IMG/VR virus record: IMGVR_UViG_3300034356_001545
Location: 1 to 59,663 of that record
DNA: 59,663 bases
Strand: one strand, 5' to 3'
DNA from: a virus
Taxonomy: Duplodnaviria > Caudoviricetes
Part shown: positions 1 through 10,205 of the stretch, in pieces
Layout of the letters: each line of letters opens with the position of its first letter
Numbering within the stretch: position 1 is the first letter of the stretch
Position numbers and translations under genes: made by a program
Notes under the pieces: generated by a model
The model's input: the letters and a program-made list of their open reading frames with translations, nothing else
Told to the model about the DNA's origin: nothing
Database searches by the model: none

Positions 1-259
1 GCGCAAACGAAGTTGTCATTGGTTCGGCAGTCCACAAAATGTCAACTGCGTACTTTGGTGACGTTACCTCACACACTTGGTTGCCTTCGGCATCCGTTCC
101 CCATTGGGTGCAAAGATGCCCGAGTTCCACTACCGCAGTAACTAATTCGGGGTTGTAGTATTGGTACGTTTCGCCTTCGGGGTCGGTGCCCGTTAACTCA
201 ATCTTTGCTTTAGCCGTTGCCCATTGCGTAGGCGTGAACTCGTATTTTAAGAATTTCAT
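1..259 (-). CDS. Hypothetical tail-associated protein, truncated by window start (MKFLKYEFTPTQWATAKAKIE...)
   Basis: Manual translation from ATG at 259 stays open to the window edge; directly downstream of a tail gene. Confidence 0.7.
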   Translation of the reverse strand, partial: MKFLKYEFTPTQWATAKAKIELTGTDPEGETYQYYNPELVTAVVELGHLCTQWGTDAEGNQVCEVTSPKYAVDILWTAEPMTTSFA

Positions 260-270
260 CGTGTCTTGAA

Positions 271-1965
271 TTATGCGGTTAGTTCTGCCAGTTGGGCGTT
301 AGTTAAACGGGTTGTGAATAAAAGCACTTGTGCGGTTTTATCAGTAGATGGCCCAATCGCAGTATTGCCTAACTGAATGCGGCTCATTGCTGGCACGCTG
401 CACGAAGTATCGGTGGTTCCGACTTGCACTCCGTTTACAAAAAATGCGGTATTGTTATTTGCATAACCAATCGCTGCCTTGTAAGTTCCAGCGGGTTGTG
501 AGGACAAACTAAGTGATGCTTGTAAAACACCTCCATTATACATTTCGGCAACAATTCCCCCAGAAGCACTTTTAGATATATACACAGTATTACCAAAAGA
601 GCCATTATCAATGTTCAAGAGCGCTTCGTTACCTGTTGCAACCGAAGTGGTAAACTCAAACTCCCAAAAAATGGTGCCTTCGGTTTGACCAATCAAAGCA
701 GAAGCCGAAGTCTTTGAAGCAGCATCCGCAACCCTTGTAACTGATGCCCCAAGCGTGGGGATGTACGAGGTGGCGTAGGCTCCGAGTTCAACTTGAACTC
801 CCCATAGTTGGATTGTGGCACTTGCGTTCATCGGCTCGTTTAATCCTCTACGGATTGCCATCTCAAACACGTTACTTGTTCCAGTTAATGCTTTGGTTAA
901 AGTAAAGCGCTGCCATTGATTGGTAATAGTAAACTTATCATAATTTGAACCATCAATACGGACTTGAATTTGAGCAGTTCCGCTTGCGGTTTTAGCATAG
1001 AATGAACCCGTATAAGTTGCAGTCGTTCCACCAAAGGTTTGGAACATTGCAGAAATATCGCTTGAAGTAGTTCCTGCGCCAACATCAAAAACGATTGTAT
1101 CAGCGTTTTGATATCCATCGGGGCTAATTGCATTGTTAGCCGTTATAACTGGAACAAGACCTGTTCCGCTTTGGGTTTTGCCCCATCCTGCATTATCAAA
1201 CTGCTCCGAGTAGATAGCAAGGTTTGTCCGCTGTGGCTCCAGCAAAAGCTTAGGGCAAGTGCTACCCAAATAATCCAAACGGGGTAAACCGCTAACGGGG
1301 CCAACTGATACCGCTGCGGTGGTGGTTGCGATGTAGTCGGTAGTTACGCCAGCCTCCAACTGCGCTCCCCATACCGCAAACGTCATACCCGATTGACCAA
1401 AGACAATAAAGGTATTTGTAGTTCCCGTAGTAATGTAAGTTCCAGAAACACGATACCAACCATTGCCAACATTCGTAACCGATGAACCAGTAATGCCAGC
1501 AGCAGTTGTAGTGATTGCACCCGTTACTGCGTTGAAGTTTAAAAAGCCATTGACTGGTCCTAAGTCGCATCCTATTTGAATAGCGGTAGCAGAAGTGATG
1601 TTTTTAACGTAAACGCTAAAAGAATGCTCAACGCCATTTGCAACAGTTGGTACTTGATATGCCCCGCTATTTGAGCCACTCGCTGCAATAGTATCTCCCG
1701 TTGTAGTGCCATCGGGAGCAACAGTTGTATTTGCGGTAATTGTAGGTGAAACGTTAGACGCCCAAGTCGTAGTAAAGTCCTCGCTCTGAAGAATAATGTT
1801 CGTCCGCACCTTTTCAATTAGGCCGTTGCTTTGCACACGGGTAGCGCTTGAGGCACGGCTGAAGGTTAGGTCAGCACTACCGTCCGTTGGCACTGCACAG
1901 TAGACCTTCTGGTCTTTATAACCCGAAGGTATCATCACTAAAGATGCGTCACTATAAAAGCTCAT
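271..1965 (-). CDS. Tail fibre/virion protein with duplicated beta-sandwich modules and a LamG-like C-terminus
   Basis: LTFSRASSATRV, RTN..SE.F and WG(A/V)Q.E.G..T.YI.T each occur twice; T/G/A/S-rich. Confidence 0.7.
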   Translation of the reverse strand: MSFYSDASLVMIPSGYKDQKVYCAVPTDGSADLTFSRASSATRVQSNGLIEKVRTNIILQSEDFTTTWASNVSPTITANTTVAPDGTTTGDTIAASGSNSGAYQVPTVANGVEHSFSVYVKNITSATAIQIGCDLGPVNGFLNFNAVTGAITTTAAGITGSSVTNVGNGWYRVSGTYITTGTTNTFIVFGQSGMTFAVWGAQLEAGVTTDYIATTTAAVSVGPVSGLPRLDYLGSTCPKLLLEPQRTNLAIYSEQFDNAGWGKTQSGTGLVPVITANNAISPDGYQNADTIVFDVGAGTTSSDISAMFQTFGGTTATYTGSFYAKTASGTAQIQVRIDGSNYDKFTITNQWQRFTLTKALTGTSNVFEMAIRRGLNEPMNASATIQLWGVQVELGAYATSYIPTLGASVTRVADAASKTSASALIGQTEGTIFWEFEFTTSVATGNEALLNIDNGSFGNTVYISKSASGGIVAEMYNGGVLQASLSLSSQPAGTYKAAIGYANNNTAFFVNGVQVGTTDTSCSVPAMSRIQLGNTAIGPSTDKTAQVLLFTTRLTNAQLAELTA

Positions 1966-2545
1966 AACTCCAAAAATAATTATTGTGAATATTGATTACT
2001 CCTCTGCAAACCTTTGATATAGAGTTTTCGTCAGAGTTTGTTATTTTAGCCGCAGACCTAACACTGTTAAACTGAGCTATTGGTTTTTTATTGATTGTGT
2101 ATTGATATACAATTTTTCCGGTACCAATTCTTGATTCCCTTGAAGCCTCTATTGCTTTTGTTACATCAATCCTTCCGTTATCGTAAGCGTGTTTGGTATT
2201 CTCGCTATGTGTTACCCAATCTAGGTTGTCTACGTGATTGTTTCTTGGATTTGAATCAATGTGATTGACAACCTTCTTATTTTCTGGGTTCGGAATAAAA
2301 GCCTTAGCAACAAGCCTGTGGGCTTTGTTGTAGTATCTCTTTCCATCTTTTTTTAAATAGTAAACTACATAAGGATAAACCAACGACCCAAGTTCTGGTA
2401 TTAAGTTCTTACCTCTTTTAAAATACACAAACTCTTTACCTAGTTTAGACTTAGACTTTATATACCTATCAAGACTCCTTACGCTACCATAGTTACTCAC
2501 TTGATATTCGCCTTCGTAGCCTAGTATGTCCTTCCACTCTTCCAT
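1952..2545 (-). CDS. NUMOD4-HNH-NUMOD1 homing endonuclease
   Basis: EEWKDILGYEGEYQVSNYG (NUMOD4), HRLVAKAF...VNHIDSNPRNNHVDNLDW (HNH), F.SVRSAAK (NUMOD1); start probably 2545 by TGATG overlap. Confidence 0.9.
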   Translation of the reverse strand: MEEWKDILGYEGEYQVSNYGSVRSLDRYIKSKSKLGKEFVYFKRGKNLIPELGSLVYPYVVYYLKKDGKRYYNKAHRLVAKAFIPNPENKKVVNHIDSNPRNNHVDNLDWVTHSENTKHAYDNGRIDVTKAIEASRESRIGTGKIVYQYTINKKPIAQFNSVRSAAKITNSDENSISKVCRGVINIHNNYFWSYELL

Positions 2546-2820
2546 CACTGATTTAGCGCAAAGAAAGAATTTGTAAAGCAATCTTCCGCCTCTATGATGC
2601 CGCCGTCAGCAGTCCATCTTTGGAAGATTAGGTCGATGTAGTTGACGGTGTTACGAACACCAAGTAGGAATACAGCACGCTCAAAGCAAGACTCTCCCTC
2701 CACAGTACCACCATCTGCCGTTACTCGGTTGTAGTAGTCATTGTAGATTAGCTGAGCTGCTCCACGTAGGAATCCAGCACCAGAAGGGGTTAGGCTTATG
2801 CTTAAACCGAGACCAATCAT
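2545..2820 (-). CDS. Small virion-associated protein with two R.xADGG..E..xC repeats
   Basis: ORF in late operon; internal repeat. Confidence 0.65.
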   Translation of the reverse strand: MIGLGLSISLTPSGAGFLRGAAQLIYNDYYNRVTADGGTVEGESCFERAVFLLGVRNTVNYIDLIFQRWTADGGIIEAEDCFTNSFFALNQ

Positions 2821-2822
2821 CT

Positions 2823-3089
2823 TTATGCGATATAGGCGATTACCGTTCCAGAGGAAACGCTGATTGCGCTGAACAATCCGTAAACTGTTGTTCCGGCAAG
2901 TAGCGTTACAGCGCTAAGGCTATCCCCCTCTACCGATGTAGCGGTGACCACTGCGTCGCTGGTTATGGTAAATGCTCGGTAGAATTCTCCGCTAACAGGA
3001 GTAAATGCTGAGGTTACTACCCTAAATCCCTTCTGACCGAATGCCTGAAGTTGGTAGTTTACTGGGTTGGTAATATTTGAATAGCTCAC
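2823..3089 (-). CDS. Small structural protein
   Basis: Beta-rich ORF downstream of portal with its own TAnnTTTG promoter. Confidence 0.6.
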   Translation of the reverse strand: MSYSNITNPVNYQLQAFGQKGFRVVTSAFTPVSGEFYRAFTITSDAVVTATSVEGDSLSAVTLLAGTTVYGLFSAISVSSGTVIAYIA

Positions 3090-3140
3090 AATGGTAAAGG
3101 TTAAAGGTTAAAGAGCAACGCTAATGCCCTACAAAGATAG

Positions 3141-5597
3141 TTATTGATTCAATATGATATCCACAATATCCTCCTGACCCTCGAGGTCTTGCTTCTGCAA
3201 CTCAGCACGGTCTCCCTTGCGCTGGGCAATTAGTTTGCTTTGCGCAACTGCTTGTTCCTTAATGCGGTTATCCTTGCGGTCCTCAGCCTCTTGATCAGCA
3301 GTCTGGCGTACACCAGATTCGATCTGCTGCTCTTTGATTCCGTAGTCTCCTTGCAGCTGAGCCAACTGCATCTTAAGTCCGTACTCTACCTGCAGCAGCT
3401 GAGCCTTAGCCTCAGCCTCTAGCTGAATCTTCTGAGCGTCTAACTGTGCCTTCATCTGGTCCTCCTGCATCTTGGCTTGGCTTGTCACCTGAGCCACCTG
3501 TGCGTTGGCCTGAGCTTGGAACTGAGAGTTCTGCTGGGCCATCTCCTGACGGACCTTCATACGCTTCTTACGGCGCACGATAAGCAGCCTCTCGGCTTGG
3601 TCGATGTCCCTCAACTGACGGATGGCAATAGCATCCTCGATGTCAAGCTCGCCCTGGGCAATAGAGGCCTGGATGTTTTGCTCGAGGTACATACGGTCAA
3701 TCTCGTTCATATCAGCGACGACCCTAACGCCGAAGTTGTACATAGGAAGATTAGAGAAGCTAGATAGCACAGCCATATTCTCCCTGCCAATAGCCGTCTC
3801 GTAGGCCTTGTATAAGATAGACTTCGGGGGAAGTATCTGAAGACACTTCACAACGTCCTCACAGATCCTGCGGTACAGCACAATCGCTGCATTGCTGATA
3901 TCCCCAAGAGCATTGTTGCCTGCCGCCAGTTGCTGCTGGCGTACGCCAACAAGCTGGTCTCCCTTAGGGCTCGTTCCATCCATAACCTCGTTGATGCCCG
4001 TAGCATCACGAATCATACGCAGGGCGTGGTTGTAGATGGTGATGAGCTCGTTGATGTTCCTAATGCCGTTCTCAAGTGGACGGATCGGTGGGTTCTGGAA
4101 GCTGCCGTCAGGGTTCTTACTGCGGTAGTAGAAGATACCCGTCTGCTCGTAGATGTCTTGAAGGTCCAAAGGCTGTAGCTCACCGCCACGTCCTAGCTGT
4201 ACGTTCTCAAGTCCCTCGATGTCGATGATCAGTCCATCAGGCTTAGCCTTAGCGATAGACTGCTGGAGCTTTAGGTGGGTGATCTGCAGCTGGTCGGCAA
4301 AGCCGATGATGCCGCTAACCATAGACTTAGGAATAGACTTGCGGATATTGGTGGCCACAATGCTGTAGCTCATCCGGGTGCGGGTGAGGTCGTGAACATT
4401 TTTAGGAATGTTCTTCTTCAACCCGTAGTCGTAGATGTAGTCAGTCCCTAGGATGTAATTACCACCATAAAGCGTCTGGTTCTGCATATAGACAGCCTCC
4501 CTATCATACACACTCTGCTGTGGGGCATTGTACTTGTGGCCCTTATAGTAGAAACCAATGTTTCCAAAACGGGACTCCTTCTTCTCGAAGATGATGTTAT
4601 CAACGCTAACAAACTCAAAGTCAAGGACTTCGATGGTGTACTCGTCGTATCCGTAGTAGTAGCGCTCCATACCTGGGTCGTACCCAGAGCCCATCAGTCG
4701 GCTAGAGTCATTGCCAAAGCGGTTCATAACCGTCCGAGCCATCTTCTCGTACTCGTCCTCGGTGAACTGGTTGCCTGCGGTTCTCTTAAGTTCAGAGATG
4801 CTCATACGCTTTACGTGGCCTGCATAGGTTATATCCGTAAAGTTTGGGTCAGAGGTAAAGCTGTGGATGAAGAATGCTGGGTCTACATAGTCCTCAACGA
4901 TTCCGTAGTTTGGGTCGTTGCTGCGCTTGGTGACAGCAATACCGCAAGTGACGAGGTCTTCGACATTGCGCCTAAAAATGCGCTCGTCGAAGTCGTTCCA
5001 GCTGAGCGTTAAGTTGATGCCAATCTGGGCAGCAATCTCCGCAGCGGTCTTGATGTTAGTCTCAAGGAAAATTTCGGTCTCCTCAGCAGTATCGGGAAGA
5101 GAGTCTGGGTCTACCTCGGTGCGAAGTCCTGAGTCCTTCGCCTCCTTTAAAATATCCTTGTTCTCGATGAATATCTTCATCTTATTCTTCTCGTAGTCCT
5201 TTTCGCTGCGCGACAAAGGGTCAACAGCTTCAATGTTTGGGTAGAACTTAGAAGACAGAATCTTGTTGACTACAATCTTTACGAACTTGGGAACGATAGG
5301 AACTGGTGTCCAGTCTAGGTTCACCAGAGACCCATCACCGTTATTCGGGTCAAGAGAGGTAAGTATCTGCTTGTAGATGGATGTGTCTTGCGTTCCGTTG
5401 GCGTAGTCCCTAGAGACTTCGAACTCACGGAATCTTTTGCTGTACAGAGACCCCTCGTACTGGGCGCTTCCCCACTGGCCGTATATAGCCTTTGCGTACT
5501 GAAGACCGTACCTCTTTCCCACCTTTACATCGTGTGAGGCAAAAGGGTCTGGGAACGTGGAGTCGTATGAGTTACTTTTTACAGAGTATTGATCCAT
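3141..5597 (-). CDS. Portal protein
   Basis: 818 aa directly after terminase; LDWTPVPIVPKFV motif, TGINE..DG, Q-rich coiled-coil C-terminus. Confidence 0.85.
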   Translation of the reverse strand: MDQYSVKSNSYDSTFPDPFASHDVKVGKRYGLQYAKAIYGQWGSAQYEGSLYSKRFREFEVSRDYANGTQDTSIYKQILTSLDPNNGDGSLVNLDWTPVPIVPKFVKIVVNKILSSKFYPNIEAVDPLSRSEKDYEKNKMKIFIENKDILKEAKDSGLRTEVDPDSLPDTAEETEIFLETNIKTAAEIAAQIGINLTLSWNDFDERIFRRNVEDLVTCGIAVTKRSNDPNYGIVEDYVDPAFFIHSFTSDPNFTDITYAGHVKRMSISELKRTAGNQFTEDEYEKMARTVMNRFGNDSSRLMGSGYDPGMERYYYGYDEYTIEVLDFEFVSVDNIIFEKKESRFGNIGFYYKGHKYNAPQQSVYDREAVYMQNQTLYGGNYILGTDYIYDYGLKKNIPKNVHDLTRTRMSYSIVATNIRKSIPKSMVSGIIGFADQLQITHLKLQQSIAKAKPDGLIIDIEGLENVQLGRGGELQPLDLQDIYEQTGIFYYRSKNPDGSFQNPPIRPLENGIRNINELITIYNHALRMIRDATGINEVMDGTSPKGDQLVGVRQQQLAAGNNALGDISNAAIVLYRRICEDVVKCLQILPPKSILYKAYETAIGRENMAVLSSFSNLPMYNFGVRVVADMNEIDRMYLEQNIQASIAQGELDIEDAIAIRQLRDIDQAERLLIVRRKKRMKVRQEMAQQNSQFQAQANAQVAQVTSQAKMQEDQMKAQLDAQKIQLEAEAKAQLLQVEYGLKMQLAQLQGDYGIKEQQIESGVRQTADQEAEDRKDNRIKEQAVAQSKLIAQRKGDRAELQKQDLEGQEDIVDIILNQ

Positions 5598-5632
5598 TTA
5601 TCGGAGTTTATGGACAAAGGTACGAACTTAAC

Positions 5633-7744
5633 TTATCGCCTAATTTCCTTACCCTTGCGGAAGAAAACACGATCGTTGAAGTTTGTCTTTTTGACTTCTT
5701 TGACCTGCTTCTGGGCGGCAAGCAACGCCAGCCCTGAGCTAATCGTTAAGTCAAACTTTGTCCTGTCGTCTATCTTAAAGTTTATCCAGTCCTCAAGTGT
5801 CCTGTTTAGGTACATACGTCCGAACTTACCGGTCTCGTTGTGGAGGCCTACGTGGTCGTGGATGTAGGACTCAATAGCCTGAGCGTGAGCTTGTATCACA
5901 TCTTGGCTGTTGGAAGGTATTCCCTTTGTCTTTACGTTCATCTTTGAAGAGGTAGACGCTAGATGTGCAGGGCGGTTCATAAGGTACTCATCGTAGCCCC
6001 TTGACTCAAAGTACCTAGCGATACCGTACTTGTTGTTCTCTATAAGCACAGGATATCCGTAGAATACGGCAGCCATAAGGATGTCCTCGTAGAATATCTT
6101 GGCAAGCGGAGGCCGTGAGGCGTACTCCGCGACAAACATATTAGAGGGGTGCTCCATCGAGAACTTGTTGTATACGTGGCAGGCACCCTTTGAAGACCTG
6201 TAGTCAAGGGTGGTGTCAAGGTCGTAGGAGTCAACACCCATAACCCCGAATGCCCCGTTGGGGGCAACAGCTTTATTGTTCTCAATCTTCCGTTTATTTC
6301 GAATATCAGCAGGTGCTAGCCAAGCCACACGCCACCGCCCATTAGGGTCGGGGGCGAAGATCACCTCACTGTCCATCTTCCCGTCTTTCCATTGGAAGTT
6401 ACCGATGACCACTGGGTTAGGGTACAGCTCCTCGTTATGCTGTATCTGCTCGTATATCTTCTGGATGTTAAACAGAGAACTCTTGGTCGAGTCGCGGAAC
6501 GCCTCGTCCTCGGTAAAGGGGAACTGGCGTATAATCTCGTTGAGCTCGTAGCTGTTGTTCTGCTGACCCTTTCTCTCGTTCTTTAAGAACGTCCTAGCAC
6601 CTATCTCGGTTATGGTTCCGTCTTCGGTAAGCATTGGAGTCTCTGGGTCTTCAACAATAGGTAACCCATACTGGCTGAAGAATCCCTCCATTGCATCGTA
6701 TGCTGGGATGAATATCTTGTACAGCCCGCTCTTGGTCCTTCCGTTCTCGTTTCGGTCGTTGGGGTCGGAGTCGTAGTACAGATTCCTAAACTCCCTACCG
6801 CCCTTGTCTAGCGGGTTTACCGTGGAGCCCACCATCGCCTTTCCAATCACCCTACGTCCAACAAGAAGACAGGTCCTATGGATTCTCCATACCTCTCTTA
6901 TGTCGTTGGGATTCAGCCACTTACCAGCCTCATCGAGAAACAACATATGGGTCTTGCTTCCGTCATAGGCGTTATTGGTAGTGTTCTTCCAGTTGATTAT
7001 AGTGTCCAAGGCCTCACCTCGTGAGGTCGTCTTATTCTTCTTGGTGATCCGCTTCGAGGGCTCGCGGAAGGCGAGCTCCATACGCGGGTTAGTGGTTCCG
7101 TCAATGATTGGAGAAAAGAAGAATGGGTAGCCCTTGAATATAGGAATGATCTTAGAGCCGAACACCGCCTCTTGGGCGTCTGTTCCTGTCTTGCTCATAA
7201 TACCCAACAGCTTTTCCTTCACCTGACTGCCCTCGTCAACAAGAACCGCTGCACTCATATTGGTATACCCAGAACGCCTACATTTAGTGTATATCTGACC
7301 CAAACACCGAGGGTCTGATTCGCAGGCCGAGAGGTGGACAAACAGCTTACGCTGGAAGTCTAGGTACGTAGGGTATCCGATGTCTATCGAGCTCCACTGA
7401 AGGAACATATAGTGGTGACCCGTGATGTAGGTCTCCTCACCGTTGTTCATAAACCACAGCCCCTCCTTGCGTCTCTTGAACTCCTGCTCGATGTAGGGGC
7501 TCCACTTCTGCTGGAACTCACGCGGTGACTCGTACCAGTCGTCCATAGAGTTTATCTGCGCAAGCTCTCTAGGGATTTCCTGACGCTTCCACATCTGCTG
7601 ATGCTTGGGTAGGTCGCTAAAGAGAAAATGCTCTGGCTTTGGTAACTGGATGCTGAGGGACTCTATCTCAATGATAGGTCCGTCCGAATTGTTCGGACAG
7701 ATGTTTATCACCTCCTGCTTGTCTATTACCTTCAGCCCAGCCAT
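5633..7744 (-). CDS. terL: Terminase large subunit
   Basis: Walker A-like KCRRSGYT, Walker B LFLDEAGKW, GST motif III, nuclease GVDSYD and LIENN. Confidence 0.92.
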   Translation of the reverse strand: MAGLKVIDKQEVINICPNNSDGPIIEIESLSIQLPKPEHFLFSDLPKHQQMWKRQEIPRELAQINSMDDWYESPREFQQKWSPYIEQEFKRRKEGLWFMNNGEETYITGHHYMFLQWSSIDIGYPTYLDFQRKLFVHLSACESDPRCLGQIYTKCRRSGYTNMSAAVLVDEGSQVKEKLLGIMSKTGTDAQEAVFGSKIIPIFKGYPFFFSPIIDGTTNPRMELAFREPSKRITKKNKTTSRGEALDTIINWKNTTNNAYDGSKTHMLFLDEAGKWLNPNDIREVWRIHRTCLLVGRRVIGKAMVGSTVNPLDKGGREFRNLYYDSDPNDRNENGRTKSGLYKIFIPAYDAMEGFFSQYGLPIVEDPETPMLTEDGTITEIGARTFLKNERKGQQNNSYELNEIIRQFPFTEDEAFRDSTKSSLFNIQKIYEQIQHNEELYPNPVVIGNFQWKDGKMDSEVIFAPDPNGRWRVAWLAPADIRNKRKIENNKAVAPNGAFGVMGVDSYDLDTTLDYRSSKGACHVYNKFSMEHPSNMFVAEYASRPPLAKIFYEDILMAAVFYGYPVLIENNKYGIARYFESRGYDEYLMNRPAHLASTSSKMNVKTKGIPSNSQDVIQAHAQAIESYIHDHVGLHNETGKFGRMYLNRTLEDWINFKIDDRTKFDLTISSGLALLAAQKQVKEVKKTNFNDRVFFRKGKEIRR

Positions 7745-8037
7745 TATCTTGCCATCCTCTCAGCGAAGCCTCCCTTGAAGTCCTTCTCCTTTTCAAAGGA
7801 TCCGGACTCCTCGATGTCGCCAACAAGCTGCTCCAGCTTCTGCCTTTCTACGATAAGCTCCTTACAGGCGAGTGCTGTGTCCTTGATGGCCTGCAGCTCT
7901 GCCTTGCGGGCGGACCCCGTTAAATCGGGGTCTACCGGCTTACGTATCTCCTCGGTCATATTACCGATTGCAGCCTCCATCGCAGAGATAAGGTTACGCG
8001 CAGCAGTAACTGTTGTGAACTTTACAGCTTTTGACAT
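7744..8037 (-). CDS. Putative terminase small subunit
   Basis: Helical 97-aa ORF directly upstream of terL; position only; start reassigned to MSKAVKF. Confidence 0.5.
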   Translation of the reverse strand: MSKAVKFTTVTAARNLISAMEAAIGNMTEEIRKPVDPDLTGSARKAELQAIKDTALACKELIVERQKLEQLVGDIEESGSFEKEKDFKGGFAERMAR

Positions 8038-8600
8038 ATCAGGTGGTGGATTTGCATACGCCACAGCTTGCGGCCATTGATGTCCATCTCGTAGTCTGCG
8101 TCCTTGGCGAAGTACACAACATCGCCAACAGCGAGACCTTCTTCCTCTAGCCACTGGCTTCCGTAAACGATACGTCCCCAGCGCTTCTCCGGCTCTTTGA
8201 GGGTGATGATTTCTATGAAGCTCTTCTCTTTATCAGCATCAATGTCAAAGGGTTCTAGGAACACCCAGTCCGCAACAGCTATAAGGCTGCCGTCGGGCTT
8301 CTCGATGAGGTATGCCTGGTTACCCTGACCACCGAAGGGGTCGTAGTTGACGCGGTATATCTTCTCTTTAGGGTCAACGACTTGGGTGTCGTTGAGCGCA
8401 ACGTGGTGGTGGTGGAATACGTAGTCTCCTATCTCTAGCTCAGACTTGAACTTAGCAGGAATGCCTACAACCTTAGCCTTCATAGTGCGGTGTTGGAACT
8501 CGTTGAACTTAGTGTCGAGGTAAAGCTCTGACTCTCCCACCTTGATGGTGTCGTTTACAGCGCTAGGTATGTGCACTAGGATGTGGTACAATGGTATCAT
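8022..8600 (-). CDS. GroES/Cpn10-like co-chaperonin with two tandem domains
   Basis: AKVVGIP...LEIGDYV.F and GRIVYG...LAVGDVVYF...YEMDING GroES-like motifs. Confidence 0.75.
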   Translation of the reverse strand: MIPLYHILVHIPSAVNDTIKVGESELYLDTKFNEFQHRTMKAKVVGIPAKFKSELEIGDYVFHHHHVALNDTQVVDPKEKIYRVNYDPFGGQGNQAYLIEKPDGSLIAVADWVFLEPFDIDADKEKSFIEIITLKEPEKRWGRIVYGSQWLEEEGLAVGDVVYFAKDADYEMDINGRKLWRMQIHHLICQKL

Positions 8601-8641
8601 ATGTTTAATTAAAATAAATAAAAGTTGTAAGTCGGTTACAA

Positions 8642-8875
8642 CTAGAAGTTACAGTCGTACTCTACTATAACTGGCATACCCTCGATAGTCTTCCACAGCA
8701 TAAGTGTGGAGTCCTTTTTTAGGTATATGAGGTACTTGCGCTCCCCGTGGTAGTGGAGGTGAGACCCGTCGAGAACGATTGAGTCGATCTCTCCGTCCCC
8801 TGCCTTCTGGCCTACATAGTAGGCTAAGGCTTTCAGTGGGTCGGTTCCCGCAATGATTTTTCTGATGAGTTCCAT
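8642..8875 (-). CDS. Hypothetical phage protein
   Basis: ORF in operon with A-rich leader. Confidence 0.7.
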   Translation of the reverse strand: MELIRKIIAGTDPLKALAYYVGQKAGDGEIDSIVLDGSHLHYHGERKYLIYLKKDSTLMLWKTIEGMPVIVEYDCNF

Positions 8876-8886
8876 TTCATTTTAAT

Positions 8887-9189
8887 TTAGTTCAAATTTA
8901 GCCAATAATCTATATTGGTTGTATCGTCGGCTTCGTCGTCCTCGCTGTAGGATCCCATAAGGTATGTGACTAAGGAAATCATCTCCTCCTTGGTGTCTAC
9001 GTTGATGTTGGACACGGACTCCACTATGCTGTTTCCGTCTACCTGGTCAACCACAAGTCCTGCTGATGCAATCATCATAAACTCATCGATAAGACCAAGT
9101 TCTTCGGCCTTGTTTAGTATGTCATCGAAGCTGTTCTTTGCAAACATAAACAGCTCAATCCTAGCCGCAGCCTTTTCTTCATCATTCAT
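8887..9189 (-). CDS. Acidic hypothetical protein
   Basis: ORF in operon. Confidence 0.65.
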   Translation of the reverse strand: MNDEEKAAARIELFMFAKNSFDDILNKAEELGLIDEFMMIASAGLVVDQVDGNSIVESVSNINVDTKEEMISLVTYLMGSYSEDDEADDTTNIDYWLNLN

Positions 9190-9190
9190 A

Positions 9191-10168
9191 CTAGAATGCG
9201 TAGAAGGCTTTGAAGTTTAGAAGTACCGTCATATTCGCGCCAAACGTATTGGTGGCACGAAGCTGTAGCGTAGTAGAATTTATAAATGCGTTGAAGACAA
9301 AGGTTGCAGCGGTAGAGGTTCCGATTGACGTCTTGATAGAATCGACAATTGATGGAGCTGTTGCTAGGTTTGATGGGTTCCACACAATGTGTATCTCCCC
9401 TACGCGGACCGTAGTAGACCCTGAGTTGTAAATCATATAGTCAACAATAACAGCCCCTGCAAAAAGATTTGCCTCTAAGGTTGTTACCACACCATTGGTA
9501 ACTGCATTATTGATTACAGCGCTGTCGGAGCGGCTATAGAATGCACAAGTTCCAGATGACACCTCGCGTTGAACGAAGTCTAGACCTGTAAATGTAAACT
9601 GCTCAGCAGCTGATGAGTCGTTGTACGACAGCCCTGAAGCTCCTGCTGAAGTTCCTCCGTCGTTGTAAAGAATCTGTCCGTTAGACCCCGGTGATGCAGC
9701 GGTGATGTTGGCCGCCATATACTGGGTTAGATCCTCAAGGGTCACATACTTGTATACGGTAGCTGTTGCATCATAGATAAGGAAGGTGTCAGCAATGGCA
9801 ACGGTAGCCTCCGTAAGCTGCGACAAGGTCGTTGGCGCACTGATGGAGATTACATTACTTGCAATCGCAAGAGGAGCAACTGGAGTTAGGCTAGCCCCCG
9901 AGGTAAACGCTGCGGATCCAAGGTTACGCTTTATAACATTATTGCTAGCATCAAGGAAAAGGGCTTCTACCTCAGTAGACCCAGTACTTGGGGCAGAGGT
10001 GAAGGCAAGAGTTCCGTTTACCTCAACCTTTACCGTTGACAGTTTGAGGGCGGTATCGTTTCCTGCTCCGTCTTCAATTATTTTAGTCGTCGAGGTTGCT
10101 GTTCCGCTCTCCATCTTAAGGAGTGAACCGAATGCATCTTTTACGCGCTGACCACTAAGTGTTCCCAT
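9191..10168 (-). CDS. Virion/tail fibre-like protein
   Basis: T/A/S-rich, G.NGQI.YN..G fibre-type motif; start MGTLSG follows a promoter. Confidence 0.6.
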   Translation of the reverse strand: MGTLSGQRVKDAFGSLLKMESGTATSTTKIIEDGAGNDTALKLSTVKVEVNGTLAFTSAPSTGSTEVEALFLDASNNVIKRNLGSAAFTSGASLTPVAPLAIASNVISISAPTTLSQLTEATVAIADTFLIYDATATVYKYVTLEDLTQYMAANITAASPGSNGQILYNDGGTSAGASGLSYNDSSAAEQFTFTGLDFVQREVSSGTCAFYSRSDSAVINNAVTNGVVTTLEANLFAGAVIVDYMIYNSGSTTVRVGEIHIVWNPSNLATAPSIVDSIKTSIGTSTAATFVFNAFINSTTLQLRATNTFGANMTVLLNFKAFYAF

Positions 10169-10205
10169 ATTTCGTACTTTTGCTACAAAGATACAATTTA
10201 CTTCA

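Noticed and set aside
271-1965. Diversity-generating retroelement target
   Set aside because: No reverse transcriptase and no adenine-specific TR/VR pair seen in the window
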